A stretch of 40,468 nt of DNA from a virus (IMGVR_UViG_3300037484_000276:1-40468), one strand, 5' to 3'; counted from the stretch's first letter, positions 8,309 to 16,265 are shown. Numbers and translations: made by a program. Notes: generated by a model from the letters alone, not told the origin.

Positions 8309-8511
8309 TTTAGTTCTGCTAGTTTTTGTTCCAACTCTTCGGCGTAGACATGATCTTCTTGAAATTCAGATAATGTTTTTGGTTGACTATCGACTTTTAT
8401 AACATCTTGTGGCTTAACCTGTTTGCTTCTAACAGGCCTTTGGTTAATAAGAGGTATCTCTTTAACAAGATATTCAAAAGAAAGCCTTTTGAGGAGATTG
8501 TTTTTATTCAT
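8305..8511 (-). CDS. Hypothetical protein
   Basis: 68 aa, 8 nt after a promoter -10 box. Confidence 0.7.
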   Translation of the reverse strand: MNKNNLLKRLSFEYLVKEIPLINQRPVRSKQVKPQDVIKVDSQPKTLSEFQEDHVYAEELEQKLAELK

Positions 8512-8519
8512 TAATATAG

Positions 8520-8548
8520 ATTGTAAAATTATGTTTTACTATTGTCAA
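8520..8548 (-). promoter_or_regulatory. Sigma70 promoter with GTAAAA-N5-TTTTAC palindrome
   Basis: TTGACA-17 nt-TACAAT; near-duplicate at 12314-12342. Confidence 0.8.
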
Positions 8549-8564
8549 GAATCAACAATTGTGG

Positions 8565-8915
8565 TTATTTAAAGCCACCTTTTAGTGCATATACGAGTAT
8601 CTCTATAAAGTCTCCGGCGTCCAGGAAGACAAAAAACGGGGTTCTGTTTGCTTTCATTACTACAATAGGAGTTTTCCTGCTTCCGAGGTTTCTTGATTCC
8701 TTGGCCTGTCTATAATATTGAAGTGGTCGCCAAGTCTCTTGGTTTTTAACCTCCCAAGCTATCGGCACGCCTTTGCTTTCTATGTCGCCCTTCCAGCCCG
8801 CTATAGCGCCGGACATGGGGATTCTTCTGGATTCAATACCCGCTTCGGTTAGCATGTTGGAAAATTCCCGTTCAGCGGCGTTTCCCTTGGCCTTCCTGCC
8901 GGAAGGTTTGACCAT
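8565..8915 (-). CDS. Holliday junction resolvase (Hjc-like PD-(D/E)XK)
   Basis: KAKGNAAERE, RIPMSGA, GDI, WEVK; start set at the ATG at 8915 (TGATG overlap). Confidence 0.85.
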   Translation of the reverse strand: MVKPSGRKAKGNAAEREFSNMLTEAGIESRRIPMSGAIAGWKGDIESKGVPIAWEVKNQETWRPLQYYRQAKESRNLGSRKTPIVVMKANRTPFFVFLDAGDFIEILVYALKGGFK

Positions 8916-9379
8916 CAGAGTTCGAAGGTTTCCTTGCAGTGGGGGCAAGTTACTATTCTTTTATTTATTCCCCTTTTTTTAAGAATTCTCCTGGCGAGAT
9001 AAGGGCCGCTCCAGCCCTTAGTTTTGGCCTTATTCAACCACCCTTTAGGGTTGTCACTCTCTGCTAATAAGCGCCAAGTTCTGTAGGCGAAGTCCTGGGG
9101 AACTCCCAAGGCACCAACTCTGTCCCAGACGTAGCGGTAAACGTAGAGAGAGTTCTCTGCTACCTTTATGCCCGTCATCTCCTCTAGTTGTGCAGCGAGG
9201 TTCTTCATAACGCGTTTTCTGTCTATATTCCTTCTCGTGTACTCGGAGGCTATCCGGCCAAATATCTTCTGGTAGTTTTCTCTGAAAGAGATTGACTCGG
9301 ACATGAGAGCTATCATCTCATCCTCACCAAGAGTTGAGATGTCGGAAGCTGGGTCTAAGAGTTTGTCTACAATATTCAT
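8915..9379 (-). CDS. Hypothetical protein with C-terminal CxxC
   Basis: 154 aa ending TCPHCKETFEL; has its own promoter. Confidence 0.75.
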   Translation of the reverse strand: MNIVDKLLDPASDISTLGEDEMIALMSESISFRENYQKIFGRIASEYTRRNIDRKRVMKNLAAQLEEMTGIKVAENSLYVYRYVWDRVGALGVPQDFAYRTWRLLAESDNPKGWLNKAKTKGWSGPYLARRILKKRGINKRIVTCPHCKETFEL

Positions 9380-9390
9380 ATATTTATTTA

Positions 9391-9419
9391 TTTATAAGTA
9401 GTTTGTTGATTTTTGTCAA
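9391..9419 (-). promoter_or_regulatory. Sigma70-type promoter
   Basis: TTGACA-17 nt-TATAAA. Confidence 0.65.
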
Positions 9420-9448
9420 TGGGGAGAGGCCTTGCAAGCTCTCCCCAT
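9419..9448. terminator. GC-rich stem-loop after the SSB-like gene
   Basis: ATGGGGAGAG / CTCTCCCCAT perfect 10-bp inverted repeat. Confidence 0.6.
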
Positions 9449-9454
9449 GACTCG

Positions 9455-9925
9455 TTATTTCTTTACCGGCTTGGTTATCTCTTCAATATCCTTATCGGTT
9501 ATCTTGTCTTCACTTCCTTTAAGATACTGGAAGTTGGCAATATTAGTGTATGTCTGATCGCCCTTTGTGGTGTTTTCAGTTATAACCTTTACTGTCCTAT
9601 TAAGAAGACTCGAGACGTGGAAATCGTTAAACTCATCCTTGGCGTGCTCCTTGCCAGTAACCGCCTTCCAAACCTTATAAAGATTGCTTGGGTTTGGCTT
9701 TAGGGACAGCTTGGGACGGATTCTCCTAAACAGCTTTCGCCCTTCGTATTCCCCTGATAAAACTGTGAATTCAAACGTGTATACAGTCTCCATAGCGTCG
9801 GGATTCTTATAGACTGGTGCTTCTGTTTTTTTGATGTCTGAGATTACGACTTCGTAGGTGTCTTCTGGTATAGTTTCGAAGTCTTCGGTTATTACAATTT
9901 TAATATCGTCTATATTATCTGTCAT
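9455..9925 (-). CDS. Phage ssDNA-binding protein (DUF669-like OB fold)
   Basis: FETIPEDTYEVVISDI, FTVLSGEYEGRKLF, acidic tail; lies in the recombination module. Confidence 0.7.
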   Translation of the reverse strand: MTDNIDDIKIVITEDFETIPEDTYEVVISDIKKTEAPVYKNPDAMETVYTFEFTVLSGEYEGRKLFRRIRPKLSLKPNPSNLYKVWKAVTGKEHAKDEFNDFHVSSLLNRTVKVITENTTKGDQTYTNIANFQYLKGSEDKITDKDIEEITKPVKK

Positions 9926-10410
9926 GATGTTTTTATTGTCACCCCCGATCTAATTTCAAACTTTTTATATTTTATTGTTTTTTTGAAGATGCAAATATTA
10001 AGATTGTTAAATTTTTTATCTGGAATAAAATAAATTTTTTCTAAATATTTCTTATCTTTTGCTATACATATTAACAAAAAGAAATCCGTTTTATTCTTTT
10101 GTCTACGAGTATTAAATTCCCATCTTTTTCGTTTATTGAAATTTGCAATTTTAACTTCAATTTTTTTTCCTTTCCACAAAAGATCAAAATTTGAATTTCT
10201 AATTAATTGAGATCCTTTTAATATTGAAAGTGCTATTAATTCTCCTTTTGATCCAAGTCCATTAAATTTTCTTTGGTATTTTCTTTTATGGGTAAGGAAA
10301 TATGTTTTACTATATTCTTTAAAATAATTCAGTCTTTTTTTACTTCTTTCTTTTGCTTCTTTTCCCCAATTTCCTGATTTCCAAGTCATACTATTTTTTT
10401 GTGTTTCCAT
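9922..10410 (-). CDS. PD-(D/E)XK-type endonuclease, probably mobile
   Basis: GSKGE...FDL...IEVK...DFFLLIC; very AT- and Lys-rich. Confidence 0.7.
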   Translation of the reverse strand: METQKNSMTWKSGNWGKEAKERSKKRLNYFKEYSKTYFLTHKRKYQRKFNGLGSKGELIALSILKGSQLIRNSNFDLLWKGKKIEVKIANFNKRKRWEFNTRRQKNKTDFFLLICIAKDKKYLEKIYFIPDKKFNNLNICIFKKTIKYKKFEIRSGVTIKTS

Positions 10411-10458
10411 GTCTTAGTTTCTTTTATACTTCTTTTTAAATCAACCCCTCAAGTCTAA

Positions 10459-10869
10459 TTAATCCCACCACAGCCTAAACCATATTTTGTTAGCCCCGCC
10501 AATTTTCCAGTCAAACTCGTCCGCTTCCATTTCAACTCCTAGTTTGCCAACCTGTGCAACCATGATTGGTTCAGGGTTTTTTAAGTTGAAAACTAAGGTG
10601 GCTCCGTCGTTCTGCCAGAAGCTTTCGTTTAAATCTTCAACTTTTATGTCTTCATTAAGTCTAAGTTGTTCTATTGCCGTGGCAATGGCTATTCCTCCCC
10701 GGCAATTATTAAATTCGGCTCCTATTTTTATTCCTGCTATGTCGGGTTCTACTTTGCCTTTATATTTAACTTCCAAGATGTCATTGCGTCCATCTATGGC
10801 GTCACTCATTGATTCGGCTACTATAGTGTTTGAGACTCCATTCTCAAAAGTTATCGTGTATTTATTCAT
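10459..10869 (-). CDS. Hypothetical protein
   Basis: 136 aa ending FRLWWD; AAGGTGA RBS-like motif upstream. Confidence 0.75.
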   Translation of the reverse strand: MNKYTITFENGVSNTIVAESMSDAIDGRNDILEVKYKGKVEPDIAGIKIGAEFNNCRGGIAIATAIEQLRLNEDIKVEDLNESFWQNDGATLVFNLKNPEPIMVAQVGKLGVEMEADEFDWKIGGANKIWFRLWWD

Positions 10870-11581
10870 TCTTTTTCACCTTCTCTCTTGTTCCATATCC
10901 CAGTTTTTTACAAACTTCTTTGTTAGACCAAACCCAGAGCTTTTTCGCGGCCAGGAATTGCTCGAAACAATCCTCTGCCTGTTTATAGGTATACTTGCCA
11001 GTTTCTGATAAGGCTAGGATATATCCGTCGCTTACTTCTATGCCATTTTCCTTTAGCGCATTGATATAGGCAGATACTTGTAAAAATGATTCCTGATAAA
11101 CATTCCCGTCCTTGTTTGTTTTTACATCCACAACTTGTCTCTTGCCGTTTACCTTGGTTATAAGGTCTGTAGTGCCGGCGTATCCGAACCGCTCGCTAAA
11201 TACTGTTTTTTCTTGCTCAAGTATCTCTATCTTATTGTCGGATACCCAAGAATTGAACGCCTGGGCGTATCCTCTTAGGTGGGGTGGGAGTTTCTTTACT
11301 TCGGCTAGAAATCCAGATACTTTGTAGGCCTGGATAATTGAGTGAATAGTTGTACCCCTTGAGGCGGCCTTTTTACTGGACTTGTATGGAGCTGCATGCG
11401 CCTCAGTTCTACTCAAAGTGGGATCAAGTATCATGGCATTATATATTTGATCGCCATACCACCACCGGAGAGCTGGCTTATCTAATATAGAAAGCACTCG
11501 TGTAACTGAAACATATGGTTTTTCTGGTTCACCTTTCCAATAGAATTCTCCACGTCTGTTGGTTTTTCTTAAATCACTCAT
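10862..11581 (-). CDS. PD-(D/E)XK exonuclease (RecB/Cas4-like phage exonuclease)
   Basis: SVTRVL, RGTTIH, YAGTTDL, VVDVKT, LQVSAY. Confidence 0.88.
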   Translation of the reverse strand: MSDLRKTNRRGEFYWKGEPEKPYVSVTRVLSILDKPALRWWYGDQIYNAMILDPTLSRTEAHAAPYKSSKKAASRGTTIHSIIQAYKVSGFLAEVKKLPPHLRGYAQAFNSWVSDNKIEILEQEKTVFSERFGYAGTTDLITKVNGKRQVVDVKTNKDGNVYQESFLQVSAYINALKENGIEVSDGYILALSETGKYTYKQAEDCFEQFLAAKKLWVWSNKEVCKKLGYGTREKVKKNE

Positions 11582-12134
11582 AATTAAAATAAAATAAATT
11601 CATGTTTATAAAAAATTCCCATATTTCTTCACAATTTTTTGTTAAATCATGACAATTTTTACATAAAGTTGCGCCATTAAAAATATTGAATCTCGAATCT
11701 GGATATTTACTAAAACTTTTAATATGATGTGCTTCTAAATATCCTCCTTTTTTGCCACAAAACATACAGACATAATTGTCCCTTTTAAAAACTTCTTTGA
11801 TCCAATTTTTATATTCGATAGAATGCCTAATCTTTAGATTTGTAGGGGTTATTCCGCCTTTCCATTTATAATGATTTTCACCAGAAATTTTTGATTTAAT
11901 ACCTTTATTCCATGGAATCCTACCTGTTAAATAATGTTTTTGAATCTTCGCATTGTATTTTTTAAGACCCAGACTAACATTTTGTTTATGAAGTTTTGTA
12001 AGTGGTTTTTTACCTAAGCTATAGCATTTTTTATTACAATATTTTCCTCTCCCTTTTTTAACAGCGGAATTTTTTAAGTGAAATGCTAATTTACAATATT
12101 CACAGATACAATTATTCAGCTTTTTACTTGCCAT
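11574..12134 (-). CDS. HNH homing endonuclease with NUMOD-like repeats
   Basis: PWNKG, WKGGIT, VFKRDNYVCMFCG...LEAHHIK...NGATLCKNCH. Confidence 0.92.
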   Translation of the reverse strand: MASKKLNNCICEYCKLAFHLKNSAVKKGRGKYCNKKCYSLGKKPLTKLHKQNVSLGLKKYNAKIQKHYLTGRIPWNKGIKSKISGENHYKWKGGITPTNLKIRHSIEYKNWIKEVFKRDNYVCMFCGKKGGYLEAHHIKSFSKYPDSRFNIFNGATLCKNCHDLTKNCEEIWEFFINMNLFYFNYE

Positions 12135-12306
12135 ATTTTTGGTATCTCTTTTTGATTATTTTTATTGCCATGTTTAGACCCTCGCTCCGGCCGCTTATAT
12201 AAGCTGTTTGTAGAGCGGAGTAGACTATGTCGTAATACTTATCTGGCATACCAGTTTTCTTAAGCACGTCTAATATCTTGGTTGTTTGTTTTGTTAAATC
12301 TGACAT
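12124..12306 (-). CDS. Hypothetical protein
   Basis: 60 aa, 7 nt after a promoter -10 box. Confidence 0.7.
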   Translation of the reverse strand: MSDLTKQTTKILDVLKKTGMPDKYYDIVYSALQTAYISGRSEGLNMAIKIIKKRYQKYGK

Positions 12307-12313
12307 TGTGTAT

Positions 12314-12342
12314 ATTGTAAAATATTATTTTACTATTGTCAA
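12314..12342 (-). promoter_or_regulatory. Sigma70 promoter with GTAAAATA-A-TATTTTAC palindrome
   Basis: TTGACA-17 nt-TACAAT; 28/31 identical to 8520-8550. Confidence 0.8.
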
Positions 12343-12351
12343 GAGGCAATA

Positions 12352-13761
12352 TTATTCTTCACTTTCTACGGATGGTACGGATAGTACGGTTGGATTTTCA
12401 GAGGTAGATATACCATAGTAGTCTCTCAATTCAGCCTCCTTTTCAATATTTATAATAATCCACTTTAATTTGCTATCTCCACGCGGTTCTGTCTTAAAAC
12501 CGAGGACTTTTCTTATAATACTTGATACTTTTGCTTCCGTTAATTCTGATTTATAACCCAACCCTTTGTTGTTTTCATTTAGTATAGAAGTCAACGCTTT
12601 TAGTTGAACTTCGTTGCCCATATTCCAAATCTCCGTCATCAACTCGAATATTCTTCCTTCCAACCTTTCTAACCTAGATCTTTTTGTTTCATCTTCTTGC
12701 TCTTTAGCAAACTCGATAATCTCTTTTTTAGTTTCCTTATCAGAAAAATAATAAATAGGTGTGATTACCTGTTGAACTCTGCGGTCAAAAGCCTCTAATT
12801 CGGTGAACCCATATCTAATTTTTTTTAAATCTATTTTATTTAGATGTCTCAGTCTCCATAATAAAAGTTTATTTCTTATTTCTTGAGCTTCTGAATAATC
12901 TTCAGGCATTAAATAAAGAGGTATTCTTCTTGTATTTTTCTCCATTTTTACAAGTATCGTTCTAGAAGATAATCCAGCATCTATAATAGGAGATTCAGAG
13001 GTAAACATTTTTGGAGATTTAACTATATATGCTTTTACCTCTTTTTTCTTTTCTCCCTCTACTCTTAGTACAAGCCTATTGCTAGTACCAGACTTAAGAA
13101 AAGATGTTATTTCTCTTGCATTCTCTCCAACTTTATCGAATTCGTCAATTAAAAAAGTACCCTTCCATGCCGTGGCCACCCTAAACATTGACGCGATTGT
13201 TAATGAACCGGTGGTATCTATTGCCTTATAGCAAAGCATACCTATAGCTTGCATGGCAGTCGTCTTGCCAGTAGTTGTTCTACCTATAAAATGGACATAG
13301 GGGATAAAGGGAAATTTCTCATATACCCAGTAAAATAAAACTAACCTGGGTAAAAACTTCTCGAAGAAATTGGAAAGTTGGACATTTGTATTTATAAAAC
13401 TAGATATTTGGTCGGTTATTTCTTTGGTATTTTTATACTCTTTTATTCCGGATGACAGATATATACCATTCATTGTTAAAGTATCGTCTATTATAGGCTT
13501 GTAGAGCTTCCCTTGGTACTCAAATTCAAATATCTCTTCAAAATTATCTTTTAGCCTCGAATATTTTATAAATCTACTTCTATCTAGGTCTGTAAAACTA
13601 TGCGTACTATCCGTACTGTCCGTAGTTTTTATTTGCTCTAGGATATATTTTGGAGTTTCTAAAAACGAAGTGTAAATAATATCATCCTCTTTATTTTTAG
13701 GTTTACTTTGTAGTTTTCCTTGATAATCCTCTCTCTCAAAATCCTCTATCTGCTTTCCCAT
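12352..13761 (-). CDS. Replication P-loop helicase/initiator (primase-associated type)
   Basis: Walker A GRTTTGKTT, Walker B FLIDEFD, SPKMFTS, LSSRTI; C-terminal region resembles a winged helix. Confidence 0.8.
   Translation of the reverse strand: MGKQIEDFEREDYQGKLQSKPKNKEDDIIYTSFLETPKYILEQIKTTDSTDSTHSFTDLDRSRFIKYSRLKDNFEEIFEFEYQGKLYKPIIDDTLTMNGIYLSSGIKEYKNTKEITDQISSFINTNVQLSNFFEKFLPRLVLFYWVYEKFPFIPYVHFIGRTTTGKTTAMQAIGMLCYKAIDTTGSLTIASMFRVATAWKGTFLIDEFDKVGENAREITSFLKSGTSNRLVLRVEGEKKKEVKAYIVKSPKMFTSESPIIDAGLSSRTILVKMEKNTRRIPLYLMPEDYSEAQEIRNKLLLWRLRHLNKIDLKKIRYGFTELEAFDRRVQQVITPIYYFSDKETKKEIIEFAKEQEDETKRSRLERLEGRIFELMTEIWNMGNEVQLKALTSILNENNKGLGYKSELTEAKVSSIIRKVLGFKTEPRGDSKLKWIIINIEKEAELRDYYGISTSENPTVLSVPSVESEE
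12366..12388. repeat. Iteron-like repeat, copy 1 (9-bp periodic TACGG units)
   Basis: CTACGGATGGTACGGATAGTACG; inverted copy at 13603-13625 matches 21/23. Confidence 0.75.
13603..13625. repeat. Iteron-like repeat, copy 2 (inverted)
   Basis: Reverse complement is CTACGGACAGTACGGATAGTACG. Confidence 0.75.
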
Positions 13762-13958
13762 ACGCCATCCCTTTCTATGACTTCACATACTTTTTTAGAA
13801 TAATAACTAGCCTTTTGGAGATACTTTTTTGACTTTAGAAGCGCAATTTCCTTATCAATATTTTTAAGTTGCCATGACCTTATAAACCACTTGTTGGATT
13901 TTTCTAGCCACTCATTGTGTTCCTTATTTAGAAGCTGTATATCAAGCCTCACCGGCAT
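13746..13958 (-). CDS. Hypothetical protein
   Basis: 70 aa overlapping the helicase start. Confidence 0.65.
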   Translation of the reverse strand: MPVRLDIQLLNKEHNEWLEKSNKWFIRSWQLKNIDKEIALLKSKKYLQKASYYSKKVCEVIERDGVWESR

Positions 13959-14202
13959 TTTTATCCTTTCTAGTTTTGTTATATTTTTTGTATTCCTCCT
14001 TAATATTTTTATTTATATCCTCAAGATCAAGCGAAAGCGCCAAGTAATATTTGATAAGTTCTTCTTCTTCGCTTTCTGTCAATGTATCTGGAGGGTATTT
14101 TTTTTCTGTAGTAGCGATTGTCCAGGATAATTGTGAGAGGCGTTTATATTCGCCTCGAAGTTTCATTAATATTTGAAAAAGGAGTATCTTGCTTTCACTC
14201 AT
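13942..14202 (-). CDS. Hypothetical protein
   Basis: Start moved to the ATG at 14202, 7 nt after TTGATA-17 nt-TATATT (14210-14238). Confidence 0.65.
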   Translation of the reverse strand: MSESKILLFQILMKLRGEYKRLSQLSWTIATTEKKYPPDTLTESEEEELIKYYLALSLDLEDINKNIKEEYKKYNKTRKDKNAGEA

Positions 14203-14243
14203 CACAATCAATATAAACAAACATATTATAAATATCAATAGCC

Positions 14244-14339
14244 AAAAAACATAGGCGACGGGTAGTTGGTTAGGTGGGTGAGTTGGAGAACCGGACTACC
14301 ATTGGTTTCCTCTATGTTTTACAAAATTAACGTCGCCTA
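14244..14339 (-). ncRNA. Candidate sRNA A (~95 nt)
   Basis: TATAAT at 14345-14350; ends pair TAGGCGACG/CGTCGCCTA; inner GGTAGT/ACTACC stem; T6 tract. Confidence 0.6.
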
Positions 14340-14356
14340 GAACAATTATACAGCTA

Positions 14357-14385
14357 TTGACAAAAATGTATGACAATCATAAAAT
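14357..14385 (+). promoter_or_regulatory. Sigma70 promoter for sRNA B
   Basis: TTGACA-17 nt-TAAAAT. Confidence 0.75.
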
Positions 14386-14391
14386 GTGGTT

Positions 14392-14489
14392 ACAAACTTT
14401 ATTTTTGAAGTTTGTCATTTTTATCATCTTCTTTCCTAACGGAAAGACAAGATTGGAGCAAGTTTGGGCAGGACTTGCTCCTTTCTTTT
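14392..14489 (+). ncRNA. Candidate sRNA B (~98 nt, three hairpins)
   Basis: ACAAACTT/AAGTTTGT; CTTTCC-TAAC-GGAAAG; GGAGCAAGT/ACTTGCTCC followed by TTTCTTTT. Confidence 0.6.
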
Positions 14490-14490
14490 G

Positions 14491-14703
14491 TCAAAACTCA
14501 TCATCCCCAAAGTCTAAATTCAATCTAATTTCTTCTCGGTTAATTATTAGCAGTAAATCGTCCACGATTCCTTTCTTGTCAAGGATGTTGGGCATATCAT
14601 CAAGCGATAAAAAAAGATTCCACAACTCATTCAAATATTGAAGTTCAACTACATTTACATACCTATTAGCTTTTTTAACAGCGTCAAATTTTTCTCTTTC
14701 CAT
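14491..14703 (-). CDS. Small acidic hypothetical protein (70 aa)
   Basis: MEREKFDAV...DFGDDEF; the TTG-start extension runs through a terminator hairpin, so the ATG at 14703 is preferred. Confidence 0.65.
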   Translation of the reverse strand: MEREKFDAVKKANRYVNVVELQYLNELWNLFLSLDDMPNILDKKGIVDDLLLIINREEIRLNLDFGDDEF

Positions 14704-14712
14704 TTTATTAAA

Positions 14713-14751
14713 CAAAAAGAGAGAAGCATCACTGTCAAAATGCCCCTCTCT
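14713..14751 (-). terminator. Intrinsic terminator-like hairpin
   Basis: AGAGAGGGGCAT / ATGCTTCTCTCT followed by TTTTG. Confidence 0.65.
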
Positions 14752-14754
14752 GTT

Positions 14755-14841
14755 TGAAAACAAGGCAATCGTTTCGTCACCGGCCAGCGTTAGGCCGTTA
14801 GGCCATTTGCGCGGTGATATTATTCGATTGACGAGTTTTCA
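14755..14841 (-). ncRNA. Rod-like structured element
   Basis: Nested stems TGAAAAC/GTTTTCA, CAATCG/CGATTG, TCACCG/CGGTGA and GGCC-TAAC-GGCC. Confidence 0.5.
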
Positions 14842-14859
14842 TAGTATAATTTATAAACG

Positions 14860-14907
14860 TGGTCCGGTGAAGGGATAATGAAACGTCCCCCAACTGGACC
14901 ATTTTTT
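14860..14907. terminator. Long hairpin just after the holin stop codon
   Basis: TGGTCCGGT/ACTGGACCA with inner GGGA/TCCC; T6 tract on the + strand. Confidence 0.55.
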
Positions 14908-15142
14908 ATTGACCTTTTAATTTGCGTAAATAATCATAAATAGCATTACCAGCATATAGTGCAATCGCAGTAAGAACACCATTGGTAGGAATAAAGTCCT
15001 GTAATGAGATACCATTTTCTTCTATCCTGGGGATTAAAAATCCTATATAAAGAATGCCGATAAAGACAACAAGTGGGCGTAAAAACAGTATCTGGTTTTC
15101 TAACCATTTACTTTGTAATTTAGAACTTAGTCTTATATTCAT
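14906..15142 (-). CDS. Putative holin
   Basis: 78 aa, two hydrophobic helices, basic C-terminus, directly after the endolysin; RBS AGGTGGTGAG. Confidence 0.7.
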   Translation of the reverse strand: MNIRLSSKLQSKWLENQILFLRPLVVFIGILYIGFLIPRIEENGISLQDFIPTNGVLTAIALYAGNAIYDYLRKLKGQ

Positions 15143-15182
15143 ATATACTCACCACCTATCGCGTGGCTTCACTTAATCGAGC

Positions 15183-16031
15183 CTATGCCCTACGAAACAA
15201 AGATACCAGTCTTTCTATCCTTCCATAAGCCATCAATGGATTTTGAGCTTTAAGCTTCTCAATTTCTTTATTCTTGTTTTCAACCTCTTCTTGAAGACTT
15301 TTATTTTCGATTTCAAGCTTTTGTTTTTCCCAAGTCGCCGTATCCCGCTCACTTCTTGCCTTATTATAGAGTTCTTCTTTTTCGGTCGCCTTATCGGTAA
15401 GTTTTTGATTATCTTCTGTAAGCAAACTAACTTCCCTAGCACGGTCCGCAAGTGCATCGTTGGCTGACTTGACCTGTTCCTTGAGTTGCTTTGTTTCGTC
15501 ATCATACTTTTTCGCCTTTTCAAAGAAAGCTCTGATGTCTCCCTCTTTTTCTATGTTTAAATTGTTTTCCTGTAATAAAGTTATTAGCCAGTTTGGCATA
15601 TTAGTATTAGTTTCTATTCTAGGCCTTAGCCATCCGATAACGGCCTTATAGTCGTGCTTCACTATTCTACTATATTTAGGAGTCCCGAAGTTCTGGTCGA
15701 ACGACTCAAAATTATTAATGTCCCCCGTCCCGTTCGAGATTGAAATATGGCCAGCGATTCCTCCAATTTTTTCGCTAAATATAACAAGATTCCCGACTCC
15801 AGGAACTCCCTCCGGCGAGTTGGCAATCAAATCAAAATATTTCTTTGTTAGATCAGTTGCCCGAGTATAAACTTCCTTTGCATATAAGTGGCGTATGGTA
15901 TCTCTAGGGATTCCGAGAAAGTCACAAAAAGCGTAAGCGAGGTCCATACATTGATTTTTGTTAGTAGGATCATTAACCTCTACAAATTTTCCATTATTTT
16001 GGTTGAAGAACTGTTGGAATTTTTCTTGCAT
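15183..16031 (-). CDS. Endolysin: CHAP domain plus long coiled coil
   Basis: NQCMDL (Cys), GHISI (His), FDQNF, IGWLRP; heptad-rich C-terminal half. Confidence 0.88.
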   Translation of the reverse strand: MQEKFQQFFNQNNGKFVEVNDPTNKNQCMDLAYAFCDFLGIPRDTIRHLYAKEVYTRATDLTKKYFDLIANSPEGVPGVGNLVIFSEKIGGIAGHISISNGTGDINNFESFDQNFGTPKYSRIVKHDYKAVIGWLRPRIETNTNMPNWLITLLQENNLNIEKEGDIRAFFEKAKKYDDETKQLKEQVKSANDALADRAREVSLLTEDNQKLTDKATEKEELYNKARSERDTATWEKQKLEIENKSLQEEVENKNKEIEKLKAQNPLMAYGRIERLVSLFRRA

Positions 16032-16258
16032 TATCTATCGTGCAAAGTATTGAGGACCGTAACTTGTCTCCATAGATCATTAATTGAAATAGTCAAGTTA
16101 TTAGTTCTCGTCCTTTGGTCTTCTAATAGTGAAATTGTTGTGTTGACTTTTCCTTCAAGCCTTATTCCCCAGATCGTCGCCGAAACAACGATTGCCATAA
16201 TTGTTATCCAAAATTTTATATCAGTTTTCGTTATCATATTTTTTATCTTTTTTGTCAT
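16031..16258 (-). CDS. Single-TM coiled-coil protein in the lysis module
   Basis: FWITIMAIVVSATIWGI; TAATG overlap with the endolysin. Confidence 0.7.
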   Translation of the reverse strand: MTKKIKNMITKTDIKFWITIMAIVVSATIWGIRLEGKVNTTISLLEDQRTRTNNLTISINDLWRQVTVLNTLHDR

Positions 16259-16265
16259 ATTCTTT

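Noticed and set aside
10862-11581. Cas4 / CRISPR-associated system
   Set aside because: No array or other cas genes, and no four-Cys Fe-S pattern; it fits an ordinary phage PD-(D/E)XK exonuclease.
14244-14339. Reading sRNA A as an attenuator of the replication operon
   Set aside because: The downstream gene has its own TTGATA-17-TATATT promoter, so an independent RNA is the simpler reading, though attenuation is not fully excluded.
14790-14900. tmRNA idea: KTRQSNNITAQMA* resembles a degradation tag and GGGGGAC lies upstream
   Set aside because: No T-arm, acceptor 3' end or CCA was found, and the region is too short.
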